32,984 nucleotides of DNA from Candidatus Poseidoniales archaeon (GTDB taxonomy: Archaea; Thermoplasmatota; Poseidoniia; Poseidoniales; Thalassarchaeaceae). The position numbers and the translations under genes were made by a program. This document shows, piece by piece, positions 30,215-32,984 of the stretch; position 1 is the first letter of the stretch, and each line of letters opens with the position of its first letter. Where the stretch lies: assembly GCA_028821815.1 (NCBI GenBank), contig JAPKEY010000001.1:1-32984 (forward strand), given 5' to 3'. The notes below the pieces were generated by a model, which saw only the letters and a program-made list of their open reading frames with translations, had not been told where the DNA came from and ran no database searches.

Positions 30215-31861
30215 ATGCGCCGCAGCCCACTGTCGCTCCTGTTGGTCGTTCTCCTCTTGGGGGCAAGTGTGCAAGGTTGTTTTGGAGAAGGTGATGTTGG
30301 TTTGGCTTCTGCCAAAGATTTGGATATCTCACCCGAACCTTTGACTGGTGGCATTTTCCAAAGTGTGCATTTCCATGCAGACAAGGCGATGACTGTACTT
30401 ATTCCATATCTGGTACTTCAACCTGAAACAGGATATGTTCAAAATGGAACCATACTCGAATTAAGTGCTGATCAAGAAGGGGAATTGACAATTTTAATTC
30501 CACCTCGTGCTAATACTTTTGCTGTGTTGATTGGTGAACCGGGTCGGGATTTCTTCCCAATTCGAGAGGGGAATGTTTCGTGGTCAACGTGGGCTTCGCA
30601 AGGAATGGTTGCAACGCGGGGTGTCGAAATTGTTGATGCTGAACAAGATGGGGGCTTACCTCAACTATCCAATAGTACTGAAACTGGTGGGGCAGTTTCC
30701 ATTCGCTTTGCTGATATTACTCGGCCAATGGCTGCAAATGTACCTATCGAAGAAGGTGGAGCACATAGCACGGGATTGGTTGCTGGAAAGCGTACCTACG
30801 ACACTCTTTCGTTCATCACCGACGACAGTCCGTCGCCATTAGATGTAGATTTGGCTGTGGGATACTTAGATCGTTGGGCAGGACAGGGTAACCCTGCGTA
30901 CGAAGATGCTGCCAATTGGGTCAAAGCCACACTCGAATCTTTTGGATATAATGATGTTCGACATCATCGGTTTCAGTACACTGAAAGCAATCCTGAAGCG
31001 TACAATATCTGTGCTTACAAGCAAGGGTATGAATTCCCAGATGAATGGATGGTAATTGGATCTCACTTTGATATCGCGCCGATGGTGGTCATCAATGACC
31101 CCTCATCAGGAACACCCCGAGGATATGGGACACGGGTTGGAGCCTACGACAACACCGTGGGGACATCGGTCAATCTGAATATGGCGCAGGCTTTGTTCGA
31201 TATACCGACCCGCCGAGGAATTGTGTTCTGTTTCTGGAGTAGTGAAGAAGGTGGAAAGCGTGGAAGTGAGTCTTGGGTGCATGATTTACCAGATGATATC
31301 ACGATTACCAATTACATCAACATCGACATGGGGGGGGTGAATTGGCCTGGAAACGGTACTCCTTCGGATCGAACAGATAACAATGGAGGTGGTTCATATC
31401 CCGCAAGTTCAGAAAATTGGCCATTCCGCGTCTACATTGGCCCAGATACTGATGAAAATATCATCAACCAACCTGAAATGGTCTATCTCGCTGAATGGTT
31501 GGGTGGGGATGCGCTTGGTGTCGAAGAACAATTGGCCGTAATCAACGGTGAGCTGAAGGCGGCTTGGGCCGCAGCTGGTGAGCCGGGTGTCATCATCAAC
31601 GAAGCGACAACAGCGCGTAGTGATCATGCTTCATTCCAAGAAATTGATACTGTGACTGTAGGATTTGGTGGTCTTGTCGATGGTTATGATTGCTATCATC
31701 AAACGTGTGATACTGTTGAAGAAATGGAATACTGGATGGAAAACGATTACGGCGCGGGCACGGAAAACTTAGTCAATTCAATCGATTTGATGACCTGGTA
31801 TGGGACGATGATGTTCCTACATCTCGACCATCAGCCGGTTCTCAATTCCTATCTTGCTTAG
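30215..31861 (+). CDS. Secreted or lipid-anchored M28-family zinc aminopeptidase
   Basis: From ATG 30215: MRRSPLSLLLVVLLLGASVQGC, a signal peptide with a lipobox-like VQGC. Peptidase core: IGSHFDIAP, GAYDNTVGTS, FWSSEEGGKRGSESW, RSDHASF, which match the M28 metal-ligand motifs H, D, EE and H. Confidence 0.8.
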   Translation: MRRSPLSLLLVVLLLGASVQGCFGEGDVGLASAKDLDISPEPLTGGIFQSVHFHADKAMTVLIPYLVLQPETGYVQNGTILELSADQEGELTILIPPRANTFAVLIGEPGRDFFPIREGNVSWSTWASQGMVATRGVEIVDAEQDGGLPQLSNSTETGGAVSIRFADITRPMAANVPIEEGGAHSTGLVAGKRTYDTLSFITDDSPSPLDVDLAVGYLDRWAGQGNPAYEDAANWVKATLESFGYNDVRHHRFQYTESNPEAYNICAYKQGYEFPDEWMVIGSHFDIAPMVVINDPSSGTPRGYGTRVGAYDNTVGTSVNLNMAQALFDIPTRRGIVFCFWSSEEGGKRGSESWVHDLPDDITITNYINIDMGGVNWPGNGTPSDRTDNNGGGSYPASSENWPFRVYIGPDTDENIINQPEMVYLAEWLGGDALGVEEQLAVINGELKAAWAAAGEPGVIINEATTARSDHASFQEIDTVTVGFGGLVDGYDCYHQTCDTVEEMEYWMENDYGAGTENLVNSIDLMTWYGTMMFLHLDHQPVLNSYLA

Positions 31862-32706
31862 CCTAGTAGTATGGATTTGTCAATCAAAGTTAGGTAGACA
31901 AGACCGAGGAAAATGGAAAGAAATGACCAGAATACTGGCGCAGACCAATCCTTGATTTTCCGGCCGTCAAGTGGGCCAAATGGCAACATATTGAATGCGC
32001 CAAGAATTGAGTTGGCAACCATCCAATAGAATACAATCGTACCCAATATACCATTTTGAATGAGGATGTATGCGGGCAAACCAATCCCCCAAAGAATCAG
32101 ATTTGATGCTGGGCCGGCCAAGGCAATCATACCGTTCTGCCTTCGGTTTACATTGCCAGCGACCATAACTGCGCCCGGTGCCATGAACAAAAATCCGATG
32201 AAAAATGCAATGGCTACACCTGTTTTCAAGCCGGCTGGATCTGCCCTAAATTCGGCCCAACAACCATAGTGGCGTGCAACAAATTTGTGAGCCAATTCAT
32301 GAATGATGAAGGCTGGACCAAATGCAACCAAGCCTAGAAGGAAAAATAATGGAACTGAAATGAGAAGGCTGGAGCCTAATTTCAACATTCCACCAAGAAT
32401 TCCACCATGAAACATGAATGAAAGCCCAAGTGAGAATGCAGCGAGTGATATTGTAAGATCTCTAATCTCAGTTTTGGAAAAATGCCAGAATGATCCTGTA
32501 TGCAAAACGGGGGCTGGTCGATATGCCTGGGTGTATCCTTGATTGAATGGACTAAACTGAACCTGAACAACCCTTGTTCCGGTTTGTTTACGCCAATTGC
32601 CATCATCTCTAACCTTGGAATGAGACGTTGGTCGTACGGACTTTGAAAAGGGGTCGTCCTCGACCAAATCTGTACGGGGTATGCGTGAATCTTTCATGGC
32701 CGCCAT
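31858..32706 (-). CDS. M50-family site-2 protease (membrane metalloprotease)
   Basis: HELAHKFVARHYG (HExxH) and NMLPFGPLDGRK (the second metal-ligand LDG motif), with about 6 TM segments. ATG at 32706 (a GTG at 32709 is also possible). It overlaps the convergent M28 gene stop by a few nt. Confidence 0.85.
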   Translation of the reverse strand: MAAMKDSRIPRTDLVEDDPFSKSVRPTSHSKVRDDGNWRKQTGTRVVQVQFSPFNQGYTQAYRPAPVLHTGSFWHFSKTEIRDLTISLAAFSLGLSFMFHGGILGGMLKLGSSLLISVPLFFLLGLVAFGPAFIIHELAHKFVARHYGCWAEFRADPAGLKTGVAIAFFIGFLFMAPGAVMVAGNVNRRQNGMIALAGPASNLILWGIGLPAYILIQNGILGTIVFYWMVANSILGAFNMLPFGPLDGRKIKDWSAPVFWSFLSIFLGLVYLTLIDKSILLG

Positions 32707-32783
32707 CACTTGGAACGAATGCTACCCTTTGAGGGTTCGTGGGTGGGGATGTTTCATGCGTAGGGTCTGTTCGTACCGTATTG

Positions 32784-32984
32784 ATGTCACTGCCTCGGCG
32801 TGCGATGAGCGATATGGGTCTCGCCGTTTGTTGCTTGATGTGTGATGCGCCGGATGATGTAGGCTTGGCCCGTTGTAAATCTTGTATCACGCAGCATGGA
32901 AGGGTGCGCGAGCGACTCGCAAAGGGGGACGATGTAGTGTCGCGTTGGGGTCAAGAATTGTTGGCGATGATGTCGAATCCTCAA
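32784..32984 (+). CDS. Partial ORF encoding an N-terminal CxxC...CxxC zinc-ribbon protein; continues beyond the right edge
   Basis: Not in the track because it has no stop in the window. Hand translation: MSLPRRAMSDMGLAVCCLMCDAPDDVGLARCKSCITQHGRVRERLAKGDDVVSRWGQELLAMMSNPQ. The CLMC-x10-CKSC spacing is a classical zinc ribbon. Possible starts are 32784 or 32805. The competing minus-strand ORFs look like low-complexity artefacts. Confidence 0.4.
   Translation, partial: MSLPRRAMSDMGLAVCCLMCDAPDDVGLARCKSCITQHGRVRERLAKGDDVVSRWGQELLAMMSNPQ

Noticed and set aside
32609-32984. Minus-strand ORFs 32609-32890 and 32787-32984 upstream of the M50 protease
   Set aside because: Both are out of frame with the protease gene and encode R/T/H/P-rich low-complexity peptides. 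The opposite strand carries a cleaner ORF with a CxxC...CxxC zinc ribbon, which I prefer at modest confidence.

Overview
Archaeal chromosomal window. It carries an archaellum operon whose archaellin has a class III signal peptide, a group II chaperonin (thermosome) and an archaeal-type ATPase-KH protein. The gene content suggests an uncultivated marine Euryarchaeota/Thermoplasmatota lineage (Poseidoniales-like), but that assignment is inference only. Most genes are on the minus strand. Layout: (i) 1-3333, archaellum operon: arlB, an acidic protein, arlF, arlG, arlH and a partial arlI. (ii) 3414-14535, an uncharacterised, tightly packed six-gene block directly upstream of arlB and co-directional with it. 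It encodes an RHH regulator, a TM-anchored protein with an unassigned ~120-aa domain, and a small TerB-like protein. It also encodes a 1050-aa TM-anchored coiled-coil giant carrying two more copies of that domain, a 1567-aa multi-beta-sandwich surface giant with a polytopic C-terminal anchor, and a translationally coupled 287-aa partner with no signal peptide. (iii) 14930-23466, housekeeping genes: purN, DUF454, ACT, DEAD-box helicase, purH, thermosome, ATPase-KH protein. (iv) 23474-29020, a sugar-modification island: a WbpB/WbpE/WbpD-like trio, a GT4 glycosyltransferase, an APH-fold kinase and a CYTH protein. (v) tRNA-Leu(GAG), a DDAH-like enzyme, a secreted M28 peptidase, an M50 site-2 protease and a partial zinc-ribbon ORF at the right edge. 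I saw no CRISPR array, transposase or integrase. The best candidate for an undescribed system is block (ii). Its boundaries are marked by perfect intergenic hairpins that all share the same TAC triloop (GUA in the minus-strand RNA).
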